Shown piece after piece: positions 48,439 through 59,294 of a stretch of 64,000 nt of DNA (the stretch's first letter is position 1; each line of letters opens with the position of its first letter). The notes beneath the pieces were generated by a model that saw nothing but the letters and a program-made list of their open reading frames with translations, was not told the origin of the DNA and made no database searches. This DNA is from Schizochytrium sp. TIO01 (Eukaryota > Protista > Bigyra: Labyrinthulomycetes). The translations under genes and the position numbers were made by a program. The stretch spans positions 2,208,436-2,272,435 of the forward strand of contig SMSO01000031.1 of NCBI GenBank assembly GCA_004764695.1, in the 5' to 3' direction.

Positions 48439-50469
48439 ATATCTTTTGAAATGCTTTTCTGTTACTTTTAAGCGGTGCCTGGCTGCTCTTCTTTCCTGCT
48501 CTTTCTTCTTTCCCGGTTTCCGCCTCTCTGGGTGCCTTGGTTTGCGGGTCTCGAGCGCTGCGGAGACGGCGAAAGTTGCGATGATCAGTGGTATTCTTTC
48601 GAGAAATCACCGAATGCAGAAAGAGCTCAAGACATCACGAAAGAAAGCGAAAAAGTAAGCAAGCATTAGTCTGGAACCAACGCAGGAAACTGAGGGTTCC
48701 TGGTTGGTTGGTCCATCATTAGGAAGTGCTAATGTGCGGATAGACGGACTACTATGATGAGGGAGGTGATGATAGTTAATTATTGAATTGTTCATTAGTT
48801 TTAGTTTGTTTATATATTCTCAAATTAAAAAACAATAAAAAATTATTTTATTAGATCTTATTGATGCGAAGTAAAAAAAAAGGACTGCTGCCTAGATACC
48901 TAATACTAGCTACATGAAGAAGACCTTGATGATGCTTTTCTCTTCCTCAAATTCGTGCTGTGTCTGAGTCAGTGGGAAAGAAGAGGAAGGAAAAGGGCAC
49001 AGAGTTCCATAAAGAAATGGCCAACGAAGCAGAGTGAATGAATGAACAAATAAATGAGGGGAAAGAGGCGCACGCAGCGCATAGTTTACGCGTTGGATTC
49101 TTCAAGTTCTTTCGAGCACGATTCGTTCAATCTTCAATCGCCTGAAACCAACCTCTGGAAACTAATCTCTTGAATATATCCTCTTGAAGTTAATCTCTTG
49201 AAATCAACCTCTGCAAATCAATCACTACAATACATGAATACATGAATACAACAATCTCGCGGATCTTCTTACCTTCTGATCAGTGAGTGGCCAAGAGAGA
49301 AGACAGCGAGAGAGGCACAGCACGTGCGTGAAGAATGCATGAATGCCAAGACGATGAAGCGTTCGCAAAGCCGCGCGTGAGCTCCTCTGTCTCGCCACCA
49401 CCGCCACCAACCCGATGCCGTCTCGTGCGTGGGCGTGCGAGGACAGGCCGTGGGACTGACGGGTTTAGAGGAGCTGCAGTTGTGTAGTAATATTGGCGCT
49501 CCGTGCAGAGACTCGGGTTCGCTGGAGACCAAATATATCGAAGATGTATGGGCCAGCGCCTGCCGCATTGCATATATATTACCTACTTCTTCTACCCTGC
49601 TAAAAGTACGTGAATGATCGATCGTGCGCTCAAAGTGCTGGCGTCTCTGCGTGGGGGGGCTCTGGTGAATCGTCGAACGCTGGGGAACGCAAGTAGGTGC
49701 CTGCCTACCAGCCGACCGTTCTCCGGAGGGCGAGGAAGAGGTCTATGTCCTGGTTTCTGACTGGTTTTCGCAAAGCTTTGCTTCGAATGGTGGGTAGTTA
49801 GTTAGTTATTGCAATAGGTACATGAGGTATGTACAGTGTGCGAAGACTCACGGTGAACTTCTGCTGGGCTCGCAGTTATCCTGAGAACCGCTGGCAGTAA
49901 TAGATGCGAGAAGCGAGAGCGATTGCGAGGGCGAGAGCGCTTAGGCCGACTTGAGATCGATTATTGAGTCGCCGTTTGCCTCATCCGTCAGCCTGCTTTT
50001 TAGTTTCCTGGGTGGATGGATGCCAAATCGATGGCGGTTTTGATCCCTCGTGTTTGAAGATCGTTCTGCTTATTTATTTTTCCCATCGATTCGAAGGCCT
50101 CTTTCACTTCTTTCACAACAGACGAAGCGAAGTTAGTTAGTTAGTTAGGTTGGTTTTCACGTTCAAGAGCTCCTCCCGCTCGGTGTGGAATGCCGCCAAA
50201 GAGGCACTTAAGGCCCAGTTTGGCAGGCTCGAGGGCGTCTTTGGTCCCGGTCGGTCTGCTGCCTGCTGGAGAACAGCGCGCGCTCTCGAGCTGCATATTT
50301 GATGCCTCTCATAAGCGTAGTGTAGCAAAGCAGGAGAGAAGGAAGGAATAGATCAATGATTATTTGCATCTATAATGTATTCTATAATGCGGATATCATC
50401 CGCTTCGTAGGTACTACGCTGATGGGAAAAAGAAGACTATGCATGAACTTTTAGGAATACGATTGAGTG

Positions 50470-50677
50470 ATTCAATTCGATTCAATTCAATTCAATTCAA
50501 TTCGATTCAATTCAATTCAATTCAATTCAATTCAATTCAATTCAATTCAATTCAATTCAATTCAATTCAATTCAATTCAATTCAATTCAATTCAATTCAA
50601 TTCAATTCAATTCAATTCAATTCAATTCAATTCAATTCAATTCAATTCAATTCAATTCAATTCAATTCAATTCAATT
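50470..50677. repeat. (ATTCA)n pentanucleotide array, about 41 copies, two ATTCG variants at the 5' end
   Basis: Visible directly. Confidence 0.97.
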
Positions 50678-50843
50678 TGCGAATACACTTTGTGAACGAC
50701 GCAGGATCGTGACTGATGGGTGATGAACTAGCTGCAAGGAAGAGTAAGACCGGCTACTGCTTTGCATAGGGTGGACGATTGAATACGCAGAGGAGTGAAA
50801 AGAAAAGAACGGGAGAAAAGAGAGAAAGAAGAAGTCAGTCGGA

Positions 50844-50846
<3 letters not shown>

Positions 50847-50896
<50 letters not shown>
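50847..50896. repeat. (CT)n microsatellite
   Basis: Visible directly. Confidence 0.95.
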
Positions 50897-50898
<2 letters not shown>

Positions 50899-52733
50899 GC
50901 CTTTCTTTCTCTTCCTCGTTGTTGCTTTTACGCAGTGGTACGCATTTATTTCAAACATAAAAATCAAGTCGTTCGTATTCTTCGCTGTCGTCTTTTATAT
51001 TAAACATTTTTAATGACTCTTTTTCTTTTCTTTTCTTTTCTCTTAAATTGAAGTTACGAGACGGTCACTCCACTCCTTAGGATCACCATGGTGGAATCTG
51101 TTAGTTATCCCCTTTTCATCATTTTTAAAAATAAGGTTTGAAAGTGGCATCTCCTTCGAGGCCTTCATGAAAGAGAACGATTTCCTGCTTGTGACTTTTA
51201 ATTCTTATAATTGAAAGAGCAGGAATAAAAGAGGAAAGGAAAGGAAAAGGCAAATTTAATTTAGTTATTATTGTTGTGACGCATGCACGCATAAAGTGAA
51301 CTGCAGTGAGTGAGTGATATTGTTGTCGCAGTGCAGATGATGATTGATGGATGGATGGATGGATGGTTGGTGATTGCGTGCATGTTTGCATGAATGTATG
51401 TTTGTTTGCACGAATGTCTGCATAACGTGTACGTGTGTGCTCTCGAGGCAGACTCTAGTCTGCAGCATACTAAGGCCTCGCGGCAGCAGAAGACCAGGCT
51501 CAAGGCCGTCTGCAAAGACGCTGTGAAGGCAAAAGCGAAGAAGGCAGACAGACTTCTTTGGCGCTTCCCGTGCGGGTTTCTGGGTCTTCGCCGTATTCTA
51601 TAATTTTAAAATGTTTTTTTAATGTTTTTTTTTTTTTTTTTTTTTTTCTTTCTGGCTTTTGTGTGTTCTTTCGCTCACTCTCTCTTCTTTCACATCTCCG
51701 CTCTTCCTCTCGCTGGCTAGCAGAAAGAAAGACGAGATAGTGAAATAAGAACGAAGAGAGGGAAAGTGAGGGCGCAGAAGAGAGAGTGAGGGGGAGAGAG
51801 GGAGGAGCACACTAGTTAGGGGTCTAGGAGGGGAAGGCTGGGAGGCAGTGGAGGATGTGAGGAGGAGAGCACAAAGTGGAGGCTTTTGGAGGAAGGTAGG
51901 AAGAAAGAGTGCTTGCTTGGTGAGAGGGGGATTGGTAGCTAGCGAGTCTTTCTTTCTTCCGATTATCCATTTATGTTCACAAGAGAGGAAGGAACACAGG
52001 AAAGGAAAGGGAGAGAAAGACACATTGCATGCATGCAAGTATATACATGTATGTATTCTGTATGTATGTATGTGGACGGATGGATGGATATGTTGAGCGA
52101 CTACGGCCGAAAGGCACATTCACACCGGGTTTTCCTCGTGATAATCAGGGTGAGCACATGATGAGGCTGCGTTCCCGTGCGCCTGATCTGACTCTGAGAG
52201 GGACATCCACGAGGTTTTCAGGAGTGATCAATCCCATCAGGAATGCGCTGTTCTTCGGACTTCTTTCTTTCTTTCTTTCTTTCTCTTTTTTTTTTTTTTT
52301 TTTTTTTTAATTTTTAATGTTAACATTTTGTTTTGTTTTGTTTTGTTAGAAGTTGGTCTTGTTAGCTGTTTCGATTTGTTTCGATTTGTTTTTGTTTTAG
52401 GATTTAAAAAAATGAAAATTAAAAAAAAAAAAAAAAAGTGTCTTCATGGTTGTTTTTCCTGCAGGTAGAAAAGGGAAGAAAAAGAATCAGTCGATGAAAG
52501 AAGGAAAGAAAGAAAGAAGAAAAGAAAGAAGGGAAAAGGAGGGAAAAGAAGGAAGAATGGAAAGAAAATAATCACTCAGGCGATGGAAAATCAAAATCAA
52601 ATCAATCAATCGATCGATTGATTGATTGATTGATTGATCGATTGTCAATCAAAAGCCAAATCGCAGCGCACGCGAACGACTGAGGTAGCGCGAAGGGCCG
52701 TGCTGGGATTGAGAAAGCCTGGGTTGAAGCATC

Positions 52734-54653
52734 ATGACGGGGTCTGTGGCCTCACCAGACTCGAGCGAGTCCTCATCGAGACGACCGGGGCGGCGTCTGG
52801 GCCATCCTTCATCGCAGATTCTCAAGCAATGGCTGTTCACGCACAGAGAAAATCCGTACCCTACGCCAGAACAGAAAGAAGAACTGCAGCGTATGACAGG
52901 GCTCACGCGGATGCAGCTTGACGCATGGCTTACGAACGGAAGACAGCGATATGTGGCACCCAAGGAGCGCCGTGGAGCCAACCCGAACTACGCAAGGTAC
53001 TCCAAAGACGTGCGCGAGATCCTGGTGGACTGGCTGGTGGATCACATCAAACATCCTTATCCCAAAAATGAAGAAATGGCAGAGCTCATGGAAAAAACCA
53101 AGCTTACCAAACGCCAAATTCAGAACTGGATGACCAACTCGCGCAAACGCAAACTCATTGAACGCATGGCAGCGGATGGTAAAATTTCGGAAGAAGGGCC
53201 AGTATCAGCCGGACCTGCAGGAGCGCAGAACCCGGCAGCGCCAGGATCTGCCAGTAAGAATAATGTGTCATTCTCGTCGGCATCATCACCGTCATCGATC
53301 TCATCCAACCAAACTGCTATGTTCGGCTACAAGTCCACGCCTTTGGCGGCCGGCAAGCCTTCAGAAAATGGCAGCAGCGGCAACAAGAGCCTTAAAAAGG
53401 ATAACTGCAACAACGATAAACACGAAGAATCAGGGGGTGACAACAAAAGTAGCAAGATACTCCGAAAAGCACTCTCCCTCAGCATTCGCCCTGGAGGTAC
53501 TGATTTCTCAAAGCTCACTGTTGACACCAGTGCGAACGTCCTGACGCCGACCAATATTACCGGCCCCACCTCGCTTGCCTTCTCACCATCCAATGCACAT
53601 GAGGGCTTCTTCAGTGGCTCCATGATGGATATTCCTTCTCCCATGAATAACTTCGGTAACCTCAACAGCATTCGCGGCGCCGGTGGTAGCTTTGAGATGC
53701 CTCCCGAGTCACCACACAGCCAGCATGCGAATGCATTCCTGACCCCTATGCTACGTCAGCAATTCCAACAACAGCAACAGCAGGCTTTCTCTTCTGACAA
53801 TAACCAGCAACAACGACTTGCTAGTCAAATGAACATGAACTCACTAATGTCCCCTCAAGGCTTCTTCCCTAGCCCAAGCCCAAATGCTCTGGGTTTAGCA
53901 GGGTATGCTGGGTTTGGACAGAGTTTGTCTCCTCGAGGCTTCAATGGCGCCTTCTTTGGAGCGGGTCTTCCGGCGTCTCCTTCGCATGCAAGCATCTTGC
54001 AACAGGCCAGCCAGCCTCAACAGCAGCAGCCGCAACACCCTCGCATGCCTTCTTCTGAAATGGAGCAACAACAACAGGCCTTGATGAAGTTTATGCGTCA
54101 ATCGAATATGCTTCCGCCATCCACCCCGATGGTTTTCTCGCCTACGAATGCCACTGCAATCCCCAGTTTGTCTCCGGGAGGTAAATGGAAGCCGAATCAG
54201 CTTCAGCAGCTTCAACAGCTTCAGGCTGTACAGCAGCAACAATCTGAGATGCAACTCCAGCAACAGCTCCAACAACACCATCAGCAGCAGCAACAACAGC
54301 AACAGCAACAGGCGGCATTCTGGCAAAATATGCCGCAATTTTCCAAGCCTCAAGAACCTGAAGAGTTCGCACAGGATAAGCAAGAAGTGAATTCTCCAAA
54401 GCGTGTTCTAGACTCTGCGGGACTGAGTCCGGAAAACACTGCCGAGAATGTACCTCTAAAAAAGCGGAAACGCGCCACTAAGCCAAAACTTAAGCAGCTC
54501 GCGTCTCCTGAAGAAACCCCAATTCTCGCCAGCAATGATGGGGTGGAGAACTTTAAAGTAAGCAAAAAAGTAGGGCCTGCATCCGCAAGCAAGAAGAAAT
54601 CTGCAACATCCTCCCCGAAGGTTCGAAAAGGGGGCGCCAAGGCTAGCGCTTAG
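52734..54653 (+). CDS. Transcription factor with two tandem TALE-class homeodomains and an SP/TP- and Q-rich C-terminus
   Basis: HD1 is ILKQWLFTHRENPYPTPEQKEEL...TGLTRMQLDAWLTNGRQR. HD2 is ILVDWLVDHIKHPYPKNEEMAEL...TKLTKRQIQNWMTNSRKR. Both have the TALE PYP loop and WxxNxR helix 3. PolyQ tracts and an NLS-like PLKKRKR follow. Confidence 0.95.
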   Translation: MTGSVASPDSSESSSRRPGRRLGHPSSQILKQWLFTHRENPYPTPEQKEELQRMTGLTRMQLDAWLTNGRQRYVAPKERRGANPNYARYSKDVREILVDWLVDHIKHPYPKNEEMAELMEKTKLTKRQIQNWMTNSRKRKLIERMAADGKISEEGPVSAGPAGAQNPAAPGSASKNNVSFSSASSPSSISSNQTAMFGYKSTPLAAGKPSENGSSGNKSLKKDNCNNDKHEESGGDNKSSKILRKALSLSIRPGGTDFSKLTVDTSANVLTPTNITGPTSLAFSPSNAHEGFFSGSMMDIPSPMNNFGNLNSIRGAGGSFEMPPESPHSQHANAFLTPMLRQQFQQQQQQAFSSDNNQQQRLASQMNMNSLMSPQGFFPSPSPNALGLAGYAGFGQSLSPRGFNGAFFGAGLPASPSHASILQQASQPQQQQPQHPRMPSSEMEQQQQALMKFMRQSNMLPPSTPMVFSPTNATAIPSLSPGGKWKPNQLQQLQQLQAVQQQQSEMQLQQQLQQHHQQQQQQQQQQAAFWQNMPQFSKPQEPEEFAQDKQEVNSPKRVLDSAGLSPENTAENVPLKKRKRATKPKLKQLASPEETPILASNDGVENFKVSKKVGPASASKKKSATSSPKVRKGGAKASA

Positions 54654-55115
54654 ACTGCGCAATACCAAATACAAAAATAAACAAGAGCCTTTGATCATAA
54701 GCGTACACACCTCCTCTATCACACGGGATGAGCGGCCAAATCCAATGAACTTGTGATTTATATTACTGCATCCCAATGCTTGCAAAGCACATTCGGAAGC
54801 ATATGCTGTTCTGTTCTCTCCGTCATTCATTTGTACTTTACCCTGACTATTCTTCTCAAACCCTTCCTGAAAAAATGATGTCTCGACTTTATAACACTTA
54901 TTTACTTTTCAAACAACGAGTCATTTGCAACTATGATACTTCTTGTTTTGGCGAAACACATCCTGTGTGAGGTACGTATTTCCTAACCGATATGTTAGAT
55001 ACTCTTTGAAGTTGAGTTACACGAGTGCGCTCGTTTTCTTGTTTTGCGTTTTAATTAAATTTAATGTTTGCAAATTAATAAAATAAAATAATAACTCTTC
55101 TTATTTCTTTTGCTA

Positions 55116-57909
55116 TCAATTGTCATCGTCATCATCGTCATCATCAGAATCCATAATCAAATGTGTCGGTACTTTCAATAAGGATGAGGCCAGTATATTA
55201 TGTTTATATGGAGCAACCGGTGCAGTGCTTGACGTGTAGTTATTTCCTCTTTGCTTCTTTGTGCTCAAGGAAGGAGAACTAGACAAACTTGTATAGTCAT
55301 TTTCACTGCCGGTACTCTTAGCTTCGTTTGCAAACATATCAGACTCACTCTTCCGTTTCTTTTTCTTTTTCTTTTCACTCTTCTGTTTCTCCGCAGCGAC
55401 ATTCATGGAGCTACTGCTGATATGATCATCATCACCCTTGTTGAACCTGTCCGCCCGTAACTTCTTCTCCTTCTTTTGCTTTTTTTCTTTAATCCCAGAT
55501 TTTGTGGTGGAGGGTGAGTCATGATTATGAAGACTTGACTCAGAGTGCTTTCTCTTCTTGTCCTTCTTTCTTTTCCCCTCAATAGTATCGTCTTTGCTTA
55601 AGGAGTCTTTGACCGCCTCCTTTTTAAGGATACCTTCACCCAGGTCTTCTGCGGTATCAACAAATACATCTGAATGGTTCTTCTTCTTCTTCTTCTTCTT
55701 CTTTTTCTTGCTTGTAGCCGAATCCAGAGTCCAGCTCACAGGCTCTTCAACAATCTGATCATCTTGTTCCTCAATTGTTAAATTCGTAGCCTTATCATTC
55801 TTGTTCTTGTTCTTCTTGTTCTTCTTCTTCTTTTTATCACTGGTGGCCACCTGTGCAGTCCAGCTTAGAGGCTCTTCAATAATCTCATCTTCTTGATGTT
55901 TAATCTTTTTGTCCGCATCCTTATCTTTCTTTTTCTTCTTCTTTTTGTCACTTGTAACCAAATGCGTGGCCCTGCTTACATGTTCTTCGACGATTGGATC
56001 ATCTTGTTCCTCGGTTTTTATACTAGTAGCCTTATCTTTCTTCTTCTTCTTCTTCTTCTTCTTCGTTTTGTCAATCGTGGTCGAGTCAGCATTCCAGCTT
56101 ACAGATTCTCCAACACCCTGGTAATTTTGACCTTCAATCTCTTTATCCGCGGCCTTCTTTTTCTTCTTCTTTTTCTTCTTGTCACTTGCAGCCAAATCCG
56201 CGGCCCTGCTTGCAGGTTCTTCGACAATTTGATCATCTTGTTCCTCGAGCTTTATACCAGTAGCCTTATCTTTCTTCTTCTTCTTCTTCTTCTTCTTCTT
56301 CGCTTTGTCAATTGTGGTCGAGTCAGCATTCCAGCTTACAGATTCTCCAACACCCTGGTAATTTTCACCCTCGATCTTTTTATCTGCGGCTTTCTTCTTC
56401 TTGTTGTTGTCACTGATGGCCACCTCTGTAGCCCAGCTCACAGGCTCCTCGACAATCTCATCTTGATGTTCGATCATTTTGTCCATGATCTTATCTTTCT
56501 TCTTTTTCTTCCTCTTCTTGTCACTGGTAGCCAAGCTCACAGGCTCGTCGACAATATCATCATCTTGATGCTCGATTCTTTTGTCTGTGACCTTATTTTT
56601 CTTCTTTTTCTTCTTTCCACTCGTGGCCGCCTCGGTAGTCCAGATTATAGGCTCTCCAAAAACCTGGTTATCTTGATTTCCAACCTTCTTGTCCACAGTC
56701 TTATCTTTCTTCTTCTTTATCTTCTTGGTATTTGTGTCTGGGGTCACAGGCAAGCTCACAGATTCCTCATCATGGTGGTCGCTGGCATCTTCAGTGAGAT
56801 GGCTTGTAGCCTCAGATTGCTTCTTCTTCATCTTTTTCTTGTTAATGCTCACAGCTGTACCTAAATGCTTAGTCGATCCTATGGGATCCTCAATGACAGC
56901 TTCTGTTTTGTCTCCAGTATAACTGCTCGCAACATTATCTTCCTTGTCCTTCTTCTTCTTGTCCACCTTGTTCTTCTTCGAGGATACCACATCCCCACTT
57001 GCAGTGATATCCGTGCTCACGTCTTCAGTGTCATTTGAAGGATCTTTGAACGTCTTGTGCTGTCCTGTCTTGATCTTGCGTTGCTCCTTTCCCTCCGTAA
57101 GAATTTCATTCTCGTTCAGCAAAATTGCAGATGATTTGCCAAACTGCATTGTGTCAATTGGTTCAGGTTTATTCTTCGTTTGCTCTGTATCGTGTTCAGG
57201 CTCTGCCTCGTCCATATTAATGATGTCATCTTCAGTCACATGACTTGCTACACCAACACTTTCATTATCGTCTACCATGATAACATCGACTTTATCCGAA
57301 GAAGAAGATGACTTGGTGGGACTTTTATAAACCAGATCAGCTTGAGGTTTGGTTTCTTGATGCTGAGCTTTAGCCATCGATGAATTGTTCGAAGCTTGAG
57401 GCCCAGACTTTGACGCGGTGTAAAAAGTACTGTCTTCAGCGCCACTGTCATCGCTGTCATCAATCAAGAGATTAATAGCTTGGGGAGAGGTCTTCACTTC
57501 AGAAACCTTTGGCAAGGCGCTCTTCTTAGGACTATCGGCAACATTATCAGATTGTGGCACAGTAGCTGGGTATTGAAAGAGATCCATTGGTTCCTCTTCT
57601 TCATCACTATCATCTACAAGAGGAACAACAACTGGAACAGTAATCAATTTCGGGAATTCCACTCGACGGAGCTCCTCTTCAGCCTGCCCATTATCCGCTG
57701 TCGCAGGATCTTCCATTTGTTTTGTTTCCTTCTCTTTCAATGAGCCGCTTCTTTTGTCAGAGCTTTTGTCAAACTTGCGCCTCGAATTAGCCTTTGTAAT
57801 TCGCTTCTTCGTAGTGTTTTTTCTGTTTTTCTTCCTGTTCTCACTGCTGCTGCTGCCGCTGCTGCTGCTACTACTACTACTACCACTGCCGCTACTACTG
57901 CTGCTGCCG

Positions 57910-57943
<34 letters not shown>

Positions 57944-59294
57944 CGCTACTACTGCTGCTGCCGCTACTACTACTGCTGCTGCTACTGCTGCTGCTGCCGC
58001 TACTACTGCTGCTGCCGCTGCTGCTGCTGCTGCTGCTGCTACCACTACTACTACTGCTGCTGCTGCTGCTACTACTGCTGCTGCTGCTGCTGCTACTACT
58101 TCTTTTCCTTCGACGCGAAGATGACTTAGAAGCACCTGCGGAAGCTGCCTTCTTTTTCACTTTCTTGCTTGAACCTACTGTACTTTTTTTTGACTTGGCA
58201 GATCTTTCTGAAGGGGTTCTTTTGGTCTCCAAAAATTTGTAAGAAGAGGACGAATCAGGCTTTGAGATTTTCTCTTCCGAAATATCAGGAGTAATCTGAT
58301 CCAACATATCAGGGCAATACTCTTGAACAAGAGTCTTTATCTTTGTAGCAAATGATTCGTCCTTCAGATTTTTCCTTTTCAAGAGCAGATTGTATTGGCA
58401 TCGCACCAGGTTTGGATGTAAAGGAAGGGGGAAGCTTTGCCACGGAATTTGATCTTCTTCTCTTGCCTTGGAAAAAACAATAGACTTGAGAATAAACTCA
58501 AACTGCTCTGGACCCCAATTTTCGGACTTTAGACCAATCAGCTTAGGGTATAGATAACCTGTGTACCGAGAGCTCAGTTGAAATGGACTTCTCAGTGGCA
58601 TATGCTGACAAAGATCTTTCCATGATATACCGTATAGAGGTGCTTGACCAGACTCAAATTCTTCTGGCTTTGCTTGCCGCACGAGATCAAGCAATAGTCT
58701 ATCCTCTTGAGCAGTGAAAGCTGATGTTTTTCTTTTTCTTTGACGCTCAAGATGGTTCATGTAGCAGTCCCGCGTTGTGTCGGGGTTTTTGCCCAATAAA
58801 GAAGATATCTTTACCCACTGATGTCCATACTCTTCTACGAGTTCCAAAAGTTTTTTAAAGTCCTCTGCGTCCCAAGTACTTCGGCCACCCAATGGATGCA
58901 AAAGGCGTTCTCCATGGTTTGTAATACCTTTGATAGTTCGATTTTGGATGTATTGTGCGCAATAAGCCCAAACACCCCTAAACTTTTTGTTATCTTTATT
59001 GGCTCGCGCAGCATAACGATTTTCATTAGCCAGATTGTCTTTAAACGCCTCAATTGTGGTGCCTTTGGATTCCAAAAACTCCTTCACAAGCTTTACAAGA
59101 TGCTCATCTTCCTCTCTAGACCATGGCCCTTTGGTCTTCGGGGCTGAAGATGACACAGGCAGATGATTCGTTGGTCGTTTCGCAGTACGTGCGAGTGTAT
59201 CTGCATCGATCTTTAGCTTTAAGACATCGAGCTCCTCTTTAGAGAACTCTGGGAACTCCGGGGTTTCCTGTGGAGCATTTGCTTCTTTGCCCAT
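55116..59294 (-). CDS. Myb/SANT-repeat protein (TTF1/Reb1/DMTF1-like) with a poly-Ser tract and Lys-rich tandem repeats, probably nucleolar
   Basis: Myb repeats KGPWSREEDEHLVKLV, TWDAEDFKKLLELVEEYGHQWVKISSLLGKNPDTTRDCY and FTAQEDRLLLDLV...ISWKDLCQHMPLRSPFQLSSRY. First ATG at 59294 (the ORF track starts at an upstream GTG, 59300). Confidence 0.88.
55670..56790 (-). repeat. Coding tandem repeat of ~38-41 aa (poly-K, DK, EEQDDQIVEEPVSW), about 9-10 units, with a near-identical two-unit duplication
   Basis: Visible in the translation and in the DNA (GATTCTCCAACACCCTGGTAATTTT occurs at ~56104 and ~56341). Confidence 0.9.
57843..58098 (-). repeat. (AGC/AGT/GGC)n coding repeat giving an ~85-aa poly-Ser/Gly tract
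   Basis: Visible directly. Confidence 0.95.

Larger units (their letters stand above)
31382..52733. promoter_or_regulatory. ~21 kb non-coding interval between divergent genes, upstream of the homeobox gene; putative extended regulatory region
   Basis: No ORF with protein-like composition; the longest ORFs are microsatellite translations. Contains recurrent AT islands and motifs. Regulatory function is inferred. Confidence 0.5.

Noticed and set aside
50439-50723. (IQFNS)n ORFs
   Set aside because: Translation of (ATTCA)n.
55893-56864. 323-aa hydrophobic + strand ORF (also 57754-58242 poly-Leu and 26270-27061)
   Set aside because: Antisense shadows of the Myb protein repeats and of the ArfGAP gene.
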